Positions 1 through 11,831 are shown, counted from the first letter of the stretch. The stretch: 64,000 bases of DNA from an uncultured Bacteroidales bacterium (GCA_964618645.1 CAZUBW010000001.1:83236-147235), one strand, 5' to 3'. Numbers and translations are program-made. The notes: generated by a model from the sequence alone, not told the origin.

Positions 1-362
1 AAGAACTGCTGAACGAAGATTCTTTTCCGTTTACCGGTGAAATCCTGCGTAACCTTGGCAGTTTTGAGATTGACGTTGTAGAATCGCTGATTCCGGTAAA
101 AGCCATTACAGTCAATACGCTGCATGGCCGTCAGGATAGTATTCAACGGGTTAAGAACCGTTTCAAGTGCGAGATCGAAACCATGTCGGGTGCTGCTTTT
201 TTTTATGCATGCCTGATGGAAAGAATTCCCTTTTTGCAAATCAGGTCGATATCCTATTTTGTGGAAATCAGAAAGGTTGACAACTGGCATCATCCGCTGG
301 CACTAGGCAATCTTACCACTACAGTACTGGAAATCCTCGAAGAACTGAGGGTTGATAAATAA
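1..362 (+). CDS. mqnB: futalosine hydrolase-like nucleosidase (MqnB type), C-terminal fragment; 5' end lies outside the window
   Basis: The frame is open from the window edge to TAA at 360-362. The translation ...ITVNTLHGRQDSIQRVKNRFKCEIETMSGAAFFYACLMERIPFLQIRSISYFVE... resembles the C-terminus of PNP/UDP-fold MqnB proteins. Confidence 0.6.
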   Translation, partial: ELLNEDSFPFTGEILRNLGSFEIDVVESLIPVKAITVNTLHGRQDSIQRVKNRFKCEIETMSGAAFFYACLMERIPFLQIRSISYFVEIRKVDNWHHPLALGNLTTTVLEILEELRVDK

Positions 363-415
363 AGGCTGTTAAACAGCCATAAAATTGTTTACTTTGCAGG
401 TTAAATATACAACAC

Positions 416-1381
416 ATGATTATCATAACAGGTGCTGCAGGTTTTATTGGGAGTAACCTCACCGGATTTCTGAACAGACAGGGAATGAATGAACTGGTTA
501 TTGCCGATGCCTTCGATAACAATGCCAAAATGCATAACCTGCAAAATAAAACTTATCTTCACAAAGTACACCGCGAAGAATTGTTTACATGGCTGAATAG
601 TCACCATAGCCATGTTGATTTCATATTTCACATAGGGGCGCGTACCAACACGGCCGAATTCGACCGGAATGTATTTGACCGTTTAAACCTGGGTTATACC
701 CAGCAATTGTGGCAGGCCTGCACACGTTATGAAATACCGCTGATTTACGCTTCTTCAGCTGCAACATACGGCGACGGATCGCTGGGTTATGCCGATGATC
801 ACAACCTGGTTCCCAGGCTAAAACCGCTGAATCCTTACGGGGAGTCGAAAAATGACTTTGACAAATGGATGCTGGGACAAAAGGAAACACCTCCGTTTTG
901 GGCAGGGCTTAAATTTTTTAATGTATACGGTCCCAATGAATACCATAAAGGTCGTATGGCTTCTGTGATTTTCCATGCCTATAACCAGATAAGCGAAAGC
1001 GGCAAAATGAAACTGTTCCGTTCACACAAGCCCGGTATTGAGGATGGATGCCAGCAGCGCGACTTTATTCATGTGGCTGATCTAACAGATGTGATTTACT
1101 GGCTTTATCAAAACCGACCTGCATCGGGACTGTATAACCTGGGCACAGGTAAAGCCAGGACTTTTCTGGATCTGACCCATGCAACATTTCGTGCCATGGA
1201 ACTGGAACCTGTAATCGAATTTATTGATACACCGGTTGATATACGCGACAAGTACCAGTATTTTACAGAAGCCCGAATGGAAAAATTACGCCAGGCAGGT
1301 TACACAAAGCCATTTACCTCGCTCGAGGAAGGTGTTTACGACTATGTAACCCATTACCTGAATGGGAAAAACTACTATTAA
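416..1381 (+). CDS. hldD: ADP-L-glycero-D-manno-heptose 6-epimerase (NAD-dependent epimerase family)
   Basis: 321 aa ORF with N-terminal Rossmann motif IITGAAGFIGSN. ASSAATYG, PLNPYGESK, FNVYGPNEYHKGRMASV and NLGTGKARTF align closely along the full length with E. coli HldD/RfaD. Confidence 0.85.
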   Translation: MIIITGAAGFIGSNLTGFLNRQGMNELVIADAFDNNAKMHNLQNKTYLHKVHREELFTWLNSHHSHVDFIFHIGARTNTAEFDRNVFDRLNLGYTQQLWQACTRYEIPLIYASSAATYGDGSLGYADDHNLVPRLKPLNPYGESKNDFDKWMLGQKETPPFWAGLKFFNVYGPNEYHKGRMASVIFHAYNQISESGKMKLFRSHKPGIEDGCQQRDFIHVADLTDVIYWLYQNRPASGLYNLGTGKARTFLDLTHATFRAMELEPVIEFIDTPVDIRDKYQYFTEARMEKLRQAGYTKPFTSLEEGVYDYVTHYLNGKNYY

Positions 1382-1404
1382 GCAGCCGGCATTTTATATA
1401 CGGC

Positions 1405-2826
1405 CTACTCCATTCCTTTGATCTCGGCTACAAGTTTTTGCAGCACCTCTTTGGCATGACCAAACAGCATTCTTGTCTTGTCGTTGAAAAACAGGTTGTT
1501 TTCAATGGCAGCATATCCCTTACCCATACCCCGCTTGATAACAATAATATTTCTTGCCGCGTGTGCAAGAATGATGGGCATACCGTATATCGGTCCCGAA
1601 GGATCGTCAAGGGCTGCAGGATTCACCACATCGTTTGCGCCAATAACAATGACAACATCCACGTTGGGCATATCGGGGTTGATATGATCCATTTCCACCA
1701 ACTTCTCATAGGGAACGTTGGCCTCGGCCAACAGCACATTCATGTGGCCCGGCATACGACCTGCCACCGGGTGTATGGCATACCTGACATCCACCCCCCT
1801 TTCGGACAATAAAGTGTCGAGCTCACTGCATATATGCTGTGCCTGGGCAGCAGCCAAACCATAACCGGGAACAATCACTACTTTCTGGCTGTAATTGAGC
1901 AGGATTCCAGCATCGCTCAGCGAAATTTCCCGGATAGCTCCTGTCACCTGTTTACCACCAACAGCCGTGCTGCCACCGAATGCACCAATAATAACATTTA
2001 GAAGCGACCTGTTCATTGCCCGGCACATGAGCAGGGTAAGTACCATTCCGGCAGCTCCTACCAAAATACCACCCAAAATCATGGCCTGATTGCTGTAAAT
2101 GAAACCTGCAAGTGCAGCGGCAATACCGGTAAGGGAATTCAGCAGCGAAATCACCACTGGCATGTCTGCACCGCCAATAGGCATTACAAAGGTGATTCCA
2201 TATAATATCGAAAATGTAAAGAGCACATACACGAGAATTTTGAATAACCCGGGTTCTGCAGCCGGTAACAGCATGAACACGATTATGGCAATCAACATCA
2301 ATAACATGGTCAGGTTAATGTACTTCATAACCGGCGAAAGCCAGTCCTTTATTTTGCCATCGAGCTTTCCATAAGCGATAAGGCTGCCGCTGAAGGCTAT
2401 GTTACCTGTAGCCATACCCAAAAGCGTCACCAGTTGCGAATCGTTTCCGGGATTTCCCGATTCAATTAGCGCCACCAGGGCAGAAGCTATTCCACCTGTC
2501 GCATTAAACAATGAAACAAGCTGGGGCATAGCGGTCATTTTTACCCTGCGGGCAATTGTGATACCCACCACAGTAGCTGCCGCAATGACAGCCAACACCA
2601 GCAACGCGTTTTTAATCCCGATATTCTGACCTTCTGCGTCTTTATGGAGGATCAGCGTAGTAATCATGGCCAGCAACATACCACCTGCTGCCCATATATT
2701 GCCCGCACGGGCCTTATCGGGTTTGCTGAGCATTTTAAGCCCGATTACAAACATAACGGCGGCGATAAGGTAACTCAAATCGAGGAGGACCATTCCGGCA
2801 TTGCTTATTTCGAAAGGCATATGCAA
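1405..2826 (-). CDS. pntB: NAD(P) transhydrogenase subunit beta
   Basis: 473 aa with a polytopic N-terminal membrane domain and a C-terminal NADP(H)-binding dIII (VVIVPGYGLAAAQAQH, HPVAGRMPGHMNVLLAEA, IGANDVVNPAA). Confidence 0.92.
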   Translation of the reverse strand: MHMPFEISNAGMVLLDLSYLIAAVMFVIGLKMLSKPDKARAGNIWAAGGMLLAMITTLILHKDAEGQNIGIKNALLVLAVIAAATVVGITIARRVKMTAMPQLVSLFNATGGIASALVALIESGNPGNDSQLVTLLGMATGNIAFSGSLIAYGKLDGKIKDWLSPVMKYINLTMLLMLIAIIVFMLLPAAEPGLFKILVYVLFTFSILYGITFVMPIGGADMPVVISLLNSLTGIAAALAGFIYSNQAMILGGILVGAAGMVLTLLMCRAMNRSLLNVIIGAFGGSTAVGGKQVTGAIREISLSDAGILLNYSQKVVIVPGYGLAAAQAQHICSELDTLLSERGVDVRYAIHPVAGRMPGHMNVLLAEANVPYEKLVEMDHINPDMPNVDVVIVIGANDVVNPAALDDPSGPIYGMPIILAHAARNIIVIKRGMGKGYAAIENNLFFNDKTRMLFGHAKEVLQKLVAEIKGME

Positions 2827-2832
2827 AAGCTT

Positions 2833-3156
2833 TTATGTTTTAGGATTTCTTTTTTTTCTGAACATTTCCAACATACGGTCGGTAACGGAAAAACCTCCTG
2901 CAACGTTTAGGGTCGCAAAAAACACAGCGAGAGCGCCAATGATAACAGACGGACCCGGATTTGAAAGATCGGCATGGCCCAGCAGGATAATTCCGCCAAT
3001 GATGATAACACCACTGATGGCGTTGGCGCCGGACATAAGAGGTGTATGCAATACCGAAGGTACATTTGAAATTACCTCAATGCCCAAAAAGATGGCCAGT
3101 ACAAGAATGAAAATCTCCTGCCGGAATTCACTGATAAATTGCAACGCAGTATCCAT
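2833..3156 (-). CDS. pntAB: NAD(P) transhydrogenase subunit alpha part 2 (membrane part)
   Basis: Small hydrophobic protein containing HTPLMSGANAISG. I take the start at the internal ATG (MDTALQF...) one nt after the pntAA stop; the tracked ORF 2833-3216 would overlap pntAA. Confidence 0.85.
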   Translation of the reverse strand: MDTALQFISEFRQEIFILVLAIFLGIEVISNVPSVLHTPLMSGANAISGVIIIGGIILLGHADLSNPGPSVIIGALAVFFATLNVAGGFSVTDRMLEMFRKKRNPKT

Positions 3157-3157
3157 A

Positions 3158-4297
3158 CTATTCGATTTTGTTTTTTTCGTAAAAAGCAGCAACAGCTTCG
3201 TGCTTAATAAAACCATTGTGCGTCAGACAAGTTTTGCTAACGATCTCATCGTCAAAATGGAGGTAAAACTGACCATTGGAGTCGATCAGCAATTTGGTAA
3301 AATTTAACAGGTTATTACTGAACATCCGGCTGGCATCGAGGGGCATGGCTGCAGGATAGCTGCTGTTACCAATTATGGTAATGCCATTATGACGGATAAC
3401 CTGGTTGTTCACGGTGAGTTCACAGTTACCTCCGCTTGCTGCAGCCAGGTCAACCACAACCGATCCAGGCTGCATAACGTTAATAGTACTGGCATAAAGC
3501 AAAAGCGGAGCTTTTTTGCCGGGTATCTGGGCAGTGCAGATTACACAATCGGCTTTTTGTGCGTGATTATGAATAAGCTCGCGCTGCTGTTGCTGGTAAG
3601 CTTCGCTTTGCTCAACTGCATAACCTCCGGCTGCTTCACTTTCCATGGACCCCTGCACCTCAATGAATTTTCCTCCAAGGCTTTGCACCTCTTCCTTTAC
3701 AACAGAACGAACATCAAAAACCTCTACAACAGCACCGAGTCTTCGCGCGGTGGCCAATGCCTGAAGTCCGGCTACTCCCCCTCCGAGAATCAGTACCCTG
3801 GCCGGTTTAATGGTTCCGGCAGCAGTCATAAACATCGGGAAAAACCTGGGCAGGTGATCTGCAGCCTGAATTACGGCCTTATACCCCGAAACAGAGGACA
3901 TGGATGACAGGATATCCATCGACTGCGCCAGGGTGGTCCGGGGTAAGAGATCGAGACTAAAGGAGGTTACGCCGAAGGTTTTGAAGGCATCAATCAGTTC
4001 ATTTTGCTGGTATGGCTGAAAATGGCCAATGGCGATACTGCCTTTCTTTATTCCCGGCAATTCGTTTGGATGCAGTGCATTGATCATAACCAGGCAATCG
4101 GATGCTGACAGCACAGTTGCACGGTCAATCACCTGCGCACCTGACTGCTCATAATCGCTATCACCAAAAAAAGAACCATCACCTGCACCTGATTCGACAA
4201 GGACTTTTAGCTTAAGAGCCAGAAAAGCCTTTGCTGTATCGGGTGACATGGCCACCCTTGTTTCACCTGGATTTTCCTTTAATACGCCTATTGTCAT
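3158..4297 (-). CDS. pntAA: NAD(P) transhydrogenase subunit alpha part 1 (dI, alanine-dehydrogenase fold)
   Basis: 379 aa with the GGGVAGLQA Rossmann motif. This is the split three-gene pnt layout directly upstream of pntAB-pntB. Confidence 0.9.
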   Translation of the reverse strand: MTIGVLKENPGETRVAMSPDTAKAFLALKLKVLVESGAGDGSFFGDSDYEQSGAQVIDRATVLSASDCLVMINALHPNELPGIKKGSIAIGHFQPYQQNELIDAFKTFGVTSFSLDLLPRTTLAQSMDILSSMSSVSGYKAVIQAADHLPRFFPMFMTAAGTIKPARVLILGGGVAGLQALATARRLGAVVEVFDVRSVVKEEVQSLGGKFIEVQGSMESEAAGGYAVEQSEAYQQQQRELIHNHAQKADCVICTAQIPGKKAPLLLYASTINVMQPGSVVVDLAAASGGNCELTVNNQVIRHNGITIIGNSSYPAAMPLDASRMFSNNLLNFTKLLIDSNGQFYLHFDDEIVSKTCLTHNGFIKHEAVAAFYEKNKIE

Positions 4298-4409
4298 GTT
4301 TATCCCCTCGTAATTGGATATGTTAATTAAACTTATTCATTGAACAGTTGTTATGTATGAAGTTACTGTATTCTTTACAGGTAAACAATAAGTGTGTTGA
4401 AATGTTTGC

Positions 4410-4417
4410 TAAATTTG
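4410..4417 (+). promoter_or_regulatory. candidate Bacteroidota -7 promoter box (TAAATTTG) for sucAB
   Basis: Exact match to TAnnTTTG, 47 nt upstream of the sucA ATG at 4464. Confidence 0.4.
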
Positions 4418-4463
4418 AGAAAAGCACCGGATTTTGTACCGATATTAAACTTTGAATAACCTG

Positions 4464-7277
4464 ATGGATCCACTTTCCTTTCTGGGCAACAGCGAAATCG
4501 ATGCCATTGACCAATTGTACCGGCAGTATCTCGAAGACCCCGATTCTGTTGATACAAGCTGGAAGACTTTCTTTGCCGGTATGGATTTTGCCGGCAGGTT
4601 CCGTTCTCCGGCCGGGGAAACCAGCGAATACATTGACAAGGAATTTAAAGTGTTAAACTTCATTGATGCTTACCGGAAAAGAGGTCACCTTTTTACCACC
4701 ACCAACCCGGTGCGCACACGCCGTAAGTACTACCCTACCCTGAACCTTGAAAATTATGGTCTGTCGGCCGGAGACCTCGACACTGTTTTTCAGGCCGGCA
4801 CTGAAATTGGCATTGGCAGCACCAGTCTCCGGAATATTCATGAACATCTGCAGCAAACTTATTGCCAATCGGTTGGCGCTGAGTATATGTTCATCAGGGC
4901 TCCGGAAAAGATCAGCTGGCTGAAAAAAAGAATAGAGGGCAGTCGTAACCGGACAGATTTTGATGCTGAGACCAGGAAAAACATCTTTCATCACCTGAAA
5001 AAGGCCGTCGGATTTGAAAACTTCATTCACCGCAAATTTGTTGGACAAAAAAGGTTTTCGCTCGAAGGAACAGAAGCACTGATACCTGCACTGCATTACC
5101 TGATTGAACGCGGCTCATCACTGGGAGTTGAGGAATTCTTCCTGGGAATGGCCCATCGCGGAAGACTAAATGTACTGGCCAATGTTGTTGAAAAGCCTTA
5201 CGAGAATATATTCCAGGAATTTGTTGCTGAAGAATACGAAGACCACATTGCCCTGGGCGATGTGAAATATCACCTGGGCTATTGTAATACCGTTACTTTA
5301 GCAAACGGAAAGCACATAAGCCTTAACCTTGTCCCCAATCCCTCGCACCTCGAAAGTTCCTCGCCGGTGATTGAGGGAGTAGCCCGTTCACGCATCGATC
5401 ACCATTATAAGGGTGACTTTTCGAAGGTGTTACCCATACTTATCCATGGCGATGCGGCCATTGCAGGGCAAGGCATTGTTTATGAGGTAGTTCAGATGGC
5501 AGAATTACCCGGCTATAAAACCGGGGGCAGTATTCATCTGGTTATCAACAACCAGGTTGGTTTCACCACCAATTATCTCGATGCCCGATCGAGCACTTAT
5601 TGTACCGACATTGCCAAGGTTATCAAAGCACCGGTTTTTCATGTGAACGGTGATGACACGGAAGCACTGGTGCATACAATTTTAATGGCAATGGACTACC
5701 GCTATACATTTGCTTCGGATGTGTTCATTGATATTTTATCGTACCGAAAATATGGCCACAACGAGGGGGACGAACCCAGGTACTCGCAGCCTACACTTTA
5801 CAAAGCCATTGCCAATCATCCCAACCCAAGGGACCTATATGCGCAGGAACTCATAAAACAAGGTGTATTAACGGCCACAGAAATAAAAGATCAGCAACGT
5901 GCATTTGATATTTTCCTGGAAGAGAAGCTGGCTTTATCTAAAAAGCTGGGCAAAGTATACATACAACGATTCATGCACGATACCTGGAAGCGGTTTAAAC
6001 ATGCCTCGCGTGAGGACTTTGACAAACATTATCCCGATGAATTCACACCGGATCTGCTGCTATATATTGGTGACAAAATAAACCAGATACCTCCGGGCGA
6101 TAAGTTCATCGACAAAACCGTTAAATTGGTTGAAGACCGCCGTAAAATGCTAGCTGAGGGTAAAATCGACTGGGCCCTGGGGGAATTGCTGGCATATGGT
6201 ACTTTGTTATACGAAGGCCATTCAGTGAGAATAAGCGGACAGGACTCCATTCGGGGCACTTTTGCCCACCGGCATGCGGCTCATGTGATTGAAGACACTG
6301 ACTTTAAGTATATCCCTCTCCGGCATGTTTCTGCCAACCAGGGGACCTTTGAAATATACAACTCGCCCTTAAACGAATACGGGGTACTCGGGTTCGAATA
6401 TGGTTATGCACTGGCACATCCCAACGGACTGACCATTTGGGAAGCCCAGTTTGGCGATTTTGCCAATGTTGCGCAGGTAGTTGTCGATCAGTACATCAGC
6501 TCGGCAGAAGAAAAATGGGGCCTTATGAACGGCCTGATATTGTACCTGCCTCACGGATTCGAAGGTCAGGGACCTGAACACTCCAGTGCACGCATTGAAA
6601 GATTCCTGTTGCTGGCAGCCCGCAATAATATGCAGATAGTAAATCCCACAACGCCTGCCAACCTTTTCCACCTGCTCAGGCAGAGCATAAAAAGGAATTT
6701 CAGGGTTCCGCTAATTGTTTTCACGCCCAAAAGTCTGCTGCGGCATCCTTTATGTACCTCCACGCTTGCTGAATTAACCACAGGTCATTTCAACGAAGTG
6801 ATTGATGACGCAGATACCGATGTTGACGAAGTGCGCAGGTTGGTGTTTTGTTCAGGTAAAATTTATTACGACCTGCTGGCACGAAAAATTGAATTTTCAG
6901 CACGCGATATCGCGCTGGTAAGGATTGAACAATTACATCCCTTTCCAAAAGCACGGATAGAACAAATCATCAAAAAATACAGGAATGTATTATTAACACT
7001 ATGGGTACAGGAAGAGCCAGGGAACATGGGCCCGTGGCGACATATACAGGACGAATTCAAGCAAGGTCAGATTGTACCTATATACAGGCAACCCAGTGGA
7101 AGCCCTGCCACCGGACTGCTTAAACTGCATCAGATAGGCCAGGAAGAAATAATTAATAAGGTATTCCGGAAGTGCGAGTGCGACCTCAAGCGGAAGTATT
7201 GTGGTCTTCAATGCTCCAATGGAAGCATGCGTCAGCAAATGCTAAAACAATACAGTTATTTCCCTGAAAAATCGTAA
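4464..7277 (+). CDS. sucA: 2-oxoglutarate dehydrogenase E1 component
   Basis: N-terminus [37 protein letters not shown] and TPP-enzyme core ([36 protein letters not shown]). Start placed at the ATG at 4464 rather than the TTG at 4452. Carries an unusual Cys-containing C-terminal tail (see findings). Confidence 0.92.
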   Translation: MDPLSFLGNSEIDAIDQLYRQYLEDPDSVDTSWKTFFAGMDFAGRFRSPAGETSEYIDKEFKVLNFIDAYRKRGHLFTTTNPVRTRRKYYPTLNLENYGLSAGDLDTVFQAGTEIGIGSTSLRNIHEHLQQTYCQSVGAEYMFIRAPEKISWLKKRIEGSRNRTDFDAETRKNIFHHLKKAVGFENFIHRKFVGQKRFSLEGTEALIPALHYLIERGSSLGVEEFFLGMAHRGRLNVLANVVEKPYENIFQEFVAEEYEDHIALGDVKYHLGYCNTVTLANGKHISLNLVPNPSHLESSSPVIEGVARSRIDHHYKGDFSKVLPILIHGDAAIAGQGIVYEVVQMAELPGYKTGGSIHLVINNQVGFTTNYLDARSSTYCTDIAKVIKAPVFHVNGDDTEALVHTILMAMDYRYTFASDVFIDILSYRKYGHNEGDEPRYSQPTLYKAIANHPNPRDLYAQELIKQGVLTATEIKDQQRAFDIFLEEKLALSKKLGKVYIQRFMHDTWKRFKHASREDFDKHYPDEFTPDLLLYIGDKINQIPPGDKFIDKTVKLVEDRRKMLAEGKIDWALGELLAYGTLLYEGHSVRISGQDSIRGTFAHRHAAHVIEDTDFKYIPLRHVSANQGTFEIYNSPLNEYGVLGFEYGYALAHPNGLTIWEAQFGDFANVAQVVVDQYISSAEEKWGLMNGLILYLPHGFEGQGPEHSSARIERFLLLAARNNMQIVNPTTPANLFHLLRQSIKRNFRVPLIVFTPKSLLRHPLCTSTLAELTTGHFNEVIDDADTDVDEVRRLVFCSGKIYYDLLARKIEFSARDIALVRIEQLHPFPKARIEQIIKKYRNVLLTLWVQEEPGNMGPWRHIQDEFKQGQIVPIYRQPSGSPATGLLKLHQIGQEEIINKVFRKCECDLKRKYCGLQCSNGSMRQQMLKQYSYFPEKS

Positions 7278-7287
7278 TCTTCCCATT

Positions 7288-8520
7288 ATGATCATAGAGG
7301 TAAAAATACCATCGGCCGGTGAATCGGTAACTGAGGCAGCTATAGGAAACTGGATTTCGGCAGACGGTTCATATGTCGAAAAGGACGAGGAACTTGCTGA
7401 AGTAGAAACCGATAAGGCCACATTGCCGCTGATAGCGCCCGAATCGGGACGTTTAACCATTCGCGTTAAAGCCGGACAAAAGGTTAATGTAGGCGAAGTG
7501 GCCTGCACCATTGACACAGATTCCGTCAGTGACAGCCCAGTAAAAAAAGAAGTCGTAACCGAGCCCCAGCCAGCACCTCCCGCTGAAACGGCCAGCGATC
7601 TGTCAAAGCATAATGAAGCAGAACTATCTGCCATAAAAACAACCCCACTCGCCAGGAGCATGATGCAGGCACATAACCTGAGCATTGACGATATCATTAA
7701 CGGACTCAGGAAGATAACACGCCAGGAGGTAGAAATGGTGGTCAAACAAACAATGGCAGCGAAACCGGGACCGGTCATTTTTAAGGACGAACGCGAAACC
7801 GAGCGGAAAACCATGAGTCCCCTACGCCGGAAACTCAGCAAACGACTGGTTGCCGTGAAAAACGAAACCGCCATGCTTACCACTTTTAACGAGGTGGACA
7901 TGAGTCGGGTAATGCAGCTGCGAAAGCAATACCAGGAACGCTTTATTGCCAGATACGGACAGAAACTGGGTATGGTATCTTTTTTTGCTAAAGCTACTAC
8001 CCTTGCTTTGAAGTTATTCCCCAGGGTTAATTCAATTATTGACGGCGATGATGAAATTATTCCCAAATATACCGATGTTGGTATTGCCGTTCAAACAGAT
8101 AAGGGCCTTATGGTGCCTGTAATCCGGAATGCCCATTTGCTGAGTCTTCCCCAAATTGAATTACAAATTGCCGCTTTAGCCGAAAAAGCAAGGGCTTCAA
8201 AACTATCTATCGAAGAGATGACCGGTGGTACCTTTACCATAACCAATGGCGGCATTTTTGGTTCCATGCTTTCAACGCCAATCCTTAACCCCCCGCAATC
8301 GGCCATTCTGGGTATGCACAATATTGTTGAGCGTCCGGTAGCCATAAACGGCACTGTACATATCCGGCCCATTATGTATGTGGCACTTTCATATGACCAT
8401 CGTATGATCGACGGACGCGACTCGGTGGGATTTCTGGCAAAAATCAAAGAACTTTTGGAAGAACCGGTAAAAATGGCTGTTGACCCCCTGGCTTCCGACG
8501 AGTTTCTGCTGGGATTATGA
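7288..8520 (+). CDS. sucB: dihydrolipoyllysine-residue succinyltransferase (2-oxoglutarate dehydrogenase E2)
   Basis: Lipoyl domain with VETDKA, an Ala/Pro linker, an E3-binding segment, and a catalytic domain ending in SYDHRMIDG. Starts 10 nt after sucA. Confidence 0.92.
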   Translation: MIIEVKIPSAGESVTEAAIGNWISADGSYVEKDEELAEVETDKATLPLIAPESGRLTIRVKAGQKVNVGEVACTIDTDSVSDSPVKKEVVTEPQPAPPAETASDLSKHNEAELSAIKTTPLARSMMQAHNLSIDDIINGLRKITRQEVEMVVKQTMAAKPGPVIFKDERETERKTMSPLRRKLSKRLVAVKNETAMLTTFNEVDMSRVMQLRKQYQERFIARYGQKLGMVSFFAKATTLALKLFPRVNSIIDGDDEIIPKYTDVGIAVQTDKGLMVPVIRNAHLLSLPQIELQIAALAEKARASKLSIEEMTGGTFTITNGGIFGSMLSTPILNPPQSAILGMHNIVERPVAINGTVHIRPIMYVALSYDHRMIDGRDSVGFLAKIKELLEEPVKMAVDPLASDEFLLGL

Positions 8521-8627
8521 TTTTGCTCTTTGGCAAACCCAAAAAGTTTTGCTATATTTATATAATCCAAAATACCCGCAAGCGCTGAGTAAACCGTGTG
8601 ATTTTTGTGCAGTTAACAGTTGCTGAG

Positions 8628-11600
8628 ATGTTAATCAATCCTAAGTTGTATTTACTGATCTGCTTTTTAATGCTGGGTTTAACAGGCAGTTTTTCGCAGC
8701 CCCCTGATTTACAGTTTCATTATTTTTCGAGATCCGAAGGAGTTTTTAATTCTTCGATTTATGCTGTAAACCAGGATTCAACCGGGTATATATGGATTGC
8801 CACCCGCGATGGGCTGTACCGGTATGATGGCTATGAATTTGTTTTATACACGGCACGGCAAAACGATTCGGCTTCCCTACCCAGCAAAAGCGTTAATTGT
8901 CTTTATACCGACTCAAAAAACAGACTCTGGGCAGGTACATCTTTGGGTGTTGCCTTATACGAAGCTGACCAGGATCATTTCATTCGGGTCGCAGATAATC
9001 GTGATGGAGCAGGATTGTCAGATCTGAGCATCAATCAGATTGGTGAAGCCCCCGATGGTTCAATATTGGTTTGCAGCAGCAGCGGAATTTTCAGTTACGA
9101 TGAAGAAAACAAAATCTTTGTATCCTATATTCAATTAGAAAACACTCAAATAAACCACTTTGTAGTTGATAAACCTGATGTGATATGGCTTGCCTGTTCA
9201 GCAGGCCAAGGGTTGGTCAAATACTACATCAAATCGGGCAAATGGGATAAAGTGCTTGCTGCAGGAAATTACCCGCCCTTGCATGCCGACATCAGTTACC
9301 TTGCCCTGAACGGCAATTCATTATACCTGGCCACCCTTGGTGAGGGACTTAAAATGTACAATACAGAAACCGGTAAACTCCAACATTACCACTATAACAA
9401 TGCAGATGAAGCTATGGTGGTTTCTGTCTATATCGACAGGGAAGGAAACGCCTGGTCGATTGACCATACAGGCCTGAAATTTGTCGACGAGAATACCGGA
9501 TATTTGTTCGGTTACTACCCAAACTTCGAAATCTCCGGCACTGTCAGAGCTAATGCCAAAAGAATATTTCAGGACAGGCAGGGCAATTACTGGGTAAACC
9601 ACGATCCGGGAGGCGTGGGTATTAGTGTAGTAAGGAAGGGATTCAGGCATTACAGCCATTCCGGCAGCCAACCCTGGATCACTGAAAACTCCAGTATTAC
9701 CGCATTATGCGAAGATATGAACGGCAGTCTCTGGATTGGTTATCATACAGGGGGAATTGACATTTTCGAATGGCAAACAGGCAGCGTCAAAAGGTTACGG
9801 CATAACCCAAACAACAAATCCAGCCTTGGCAGAGGAAGCATACTTTGCTTATATCGCGACAGCCATGGTACCATGTGGGCCGGAACCTATTTCGACGGGC
9901 TGCACCGGTATGATGAAAAAACCGGCAGGTTTATTCATTACAGCCACAATCCTGCTGACAATTCCACCATTGCAGGAAATGATGTGCGTTCCATTGTTGA
10001 GGACAACGATGGTAATTTATGGATCGCGATACATGGAAAAGGAGTGGATAAATTCGACAGAAAGCTGCAGCAATTCATCCATTACAGTAATGCCTCCGGC
10101 AACCTTTCAAATGACTGGACTTTCCAGGTTATTATTGACCATGTGGGTGACCTTTGGGTTGCCACCTCGTGGGGATTAAACCGGCTCAGGAAAGGACAAA
10201 GAACTTTTGAATCCTGGCTCAATAACATTGATGATAGCACCAGCCTTATCAATAACCTGGTTAATACACTTTATGAGGACGATAGAAATAATCTTTGGAT
10301 TGGCACAGCTTCAGGGCTTTGCAGGTATGACAGGCACACCGGCTTTATGGTGCATTACCCGCAGGTCCTGGGCAACCTGAACATATCCGGGATAGTAAGT
10401 GATAACGATGGTCTTATATGGATCAGCAGCCTCCACGGGCTTACCAGGCTAAATGCGGATGATAATTCGGCAATAACATTCACATCCGACGATGGCTTAT
10501 TGTCAGATGAGTTTAATCCACGTTCACTTTACAAAAACAACAAAAACGAACTTTTCTTTGGCGGCACCAAAAGCATTGAGGTATTCACTTCAGACGAGCT
10601 GGAATACAATACAATTCCCCCTGCCATTATCATCGACAGGATTAAAATATTCGACAGGGAACTTACCCCTGCAAACTCGGATATCCTGAACAAACACATC
10701 AGCAGAACCAGCAAAATAGTGCTCAGGCATCAACATAATAATATCACCCTTGGATTCAAAGCGCTTAATTTTATTAATCCGCATGCAAACCGTTATGCCT
10801 GTTTCCTGGAGGGATTCGACAAGAGCTGGCAGCAAAAGGGGACATCGCGGGAAGCCGTTTATACCAACCTCGACCCGGGCAGGTACACTTTCAGGGCGAT
10901 TGCATCAAATAACGACGGTTATTGGAATATGAAAGGTGCAAAGCTCGAGATTGTAATTCTTCCGGCCTGGTATGCTACGCTTATCTTCAGGTTGCTTTTA
11001 GCCGGCCTGCTGGCGCTGGCGGTATTCGGATTTATCCGGTTGCGGACAAAAAATTTACAGAAACAGAAAATACTCCTGGAAAAAGCGGTACAGGAAAAAA
11101 CAAAAAACCTGGCTGAAGCCAATCTTGAGTTGCAAAAACTTAACGCCACCAAGGACAAATTATTCTCAATCATTGCACACGACTTGAACAGTCCCTTTAA
11201 TACCATTCTGGGTTTTTCCGAAATGCTGGCTACCCGCTATGAAACCTTGAGCGATAAAGACAAAATGGTCTTTGCCAAAGCCATCAACTCCTCCTCCGAA
11301 AGAGTGCATGTACTGCTGCAAAATCTCCTGTTATGGACACGTTCGCAAACCAGCCAGATCAAGCCATATCCCGAGAATACTGACATACCTGCTATTTTAA
11401 AAGAAATATCAGCCCTGGTTAAAGAGACCCTGAAAACCAAACAGATCACCCTTGAAATTATCTGCCCGGAAACCATTACCGCCTGGGCTGACAAAGAAAT
11501 GGTTAAGACCATATTGCGCAATTTGCTGAGCAATGCCATCAAATTCACACCTAAAAACGGAAACATAATCGTGCGCGTTGAAGATACAGATTCACACATT

Positions 11601-11831
11601 AAGATATCAGTAACCGATTCGGGATTGGGCATATCATCTGCCAAAATCAGGGAAATACTTTCCAATGTGTTAACAATACCCGAGCAAGGTACTGAGGGTG
11701 AAATGGGAAGCGGGCTTGGCCTTACCCTCTGTAAGGACTTCATTGCTATAAACCAGGGTGAGTTCCATATCAACAGCAAAAAAGGCGAAGGTAGTACCTT
11801 TGCTTTCACCCTGCCTGTTGGTTCGATTTAG
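8628..11831 (+). CDS. sensor histidine kinase with periplasmic two-component-regulator propeller / Y_Y_Y region (no receiver or AraC output)
   Basis: Signal/TM, then many W..T..GL..YD propeller repeats, one TM (LIFRLLLAGLLALAVFGFI), a coiled coil, the HisKA H-box FSIIAHDLNSPF, and HATPase_c (DSGLGIS, GSGLGLTLC). Start set at ATG 8628; the ORF track opens at GTG 8598. Confidence 0.8.
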   Translation: MLINPKLYLLICFLMLGLTGSFSQPPDLQFHYFSRSEGVFNSSIYAVNQDSTGYIWIATRDGLYRYDGYEFVLYTARQNDSASLPSKSVNCLYTDSKNRLWAGTSLGVALYEADQDHFIRVADNRDGAGLSDLSINQIGEAPDGSILVCSSSGIFSYDEENKIFVSYIQLENTQINHFVVDKPDVIWLACSAGQGLVKYYIKSGKWDKVLAAGNYPPLHADISYLALNGNSLYLATLGEGLKMYNTETGKLQHYHYNNADEAMVVSVYIDREGNAWSIDHTGLKFVDENTGYLFGYYPNFEISGTVRANAKRIFQDRQGNYWVNHDPGGVGISVVRKGFRHYSHSGSQPWITENSSITALCEDMNGSLWIGYHTGGIDIFEWQTGSVKRLRHNPNNKSSLGRGSILCLYRDSHGTMWAGTYFDGLHRYDEKTGRFIHYSHNPADNSTIAGNDVRSIVEDNDGNLWIAIHGKGVDKFDRKLQQFIHYSNASGNLSNDWTFQVIIDHVGDLWVATSWGLNRLRKGQRTFESWLNNIDDSTSLINNLVNTLYEDDRNNLWIGTASGLCRYDRHTGFMVHYPQVLGNLNISGIVSDNDGLIWISSLHGLTRLNADDNSAITFTSDDGLLSDEFNPRSLYKNNKNELFFGGTKSIEVFTSDELEYNTIPPAIIIDRIKIFDRELTPANSDILNKHISRTSKIVLRHQHNNITLGFKALNFINPHANRYACFLEGFDKSWQQKGTSREAVYTNLDPGRYTFRAIASNNDGYWNMKGAKLEIVILPAWYATLIFRLLLAGLLALAVFGFIRLRTKNLQKQKILLEKAVQEKTKNLAEANLELQKLNATKDKLFSIIAHDLNSPFNTILGFSEMLATRYETLSDKDKMVFAKAINSSSERVHVLLQNLLLWTRSQTSQIKPYPENTDIPAILKEISALVKETLKTKQITLEIICPETITAWADKEMVKTILRNLLSNAIKFTPKNGNIIVRVEDTDSHIKISVTDSGLGISSAKIREILSNVLTIPEQGTEGEMGSGLGLTLCKDFIAINQGEFHINSKKGEGSTFAFTLPVGSI

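Noticed and set aside
7242-8066. A 274-aa ORF antisense to the sucA/sucB junction, and a 159-aa antisense ORF at 8091-8570.
   Set aside because: Both lie opposite strongly supported sucB coding sequence. They are Ser/low-complexity rich and have no recognisable motifs or promoter box. They are typical shadow ORFs.
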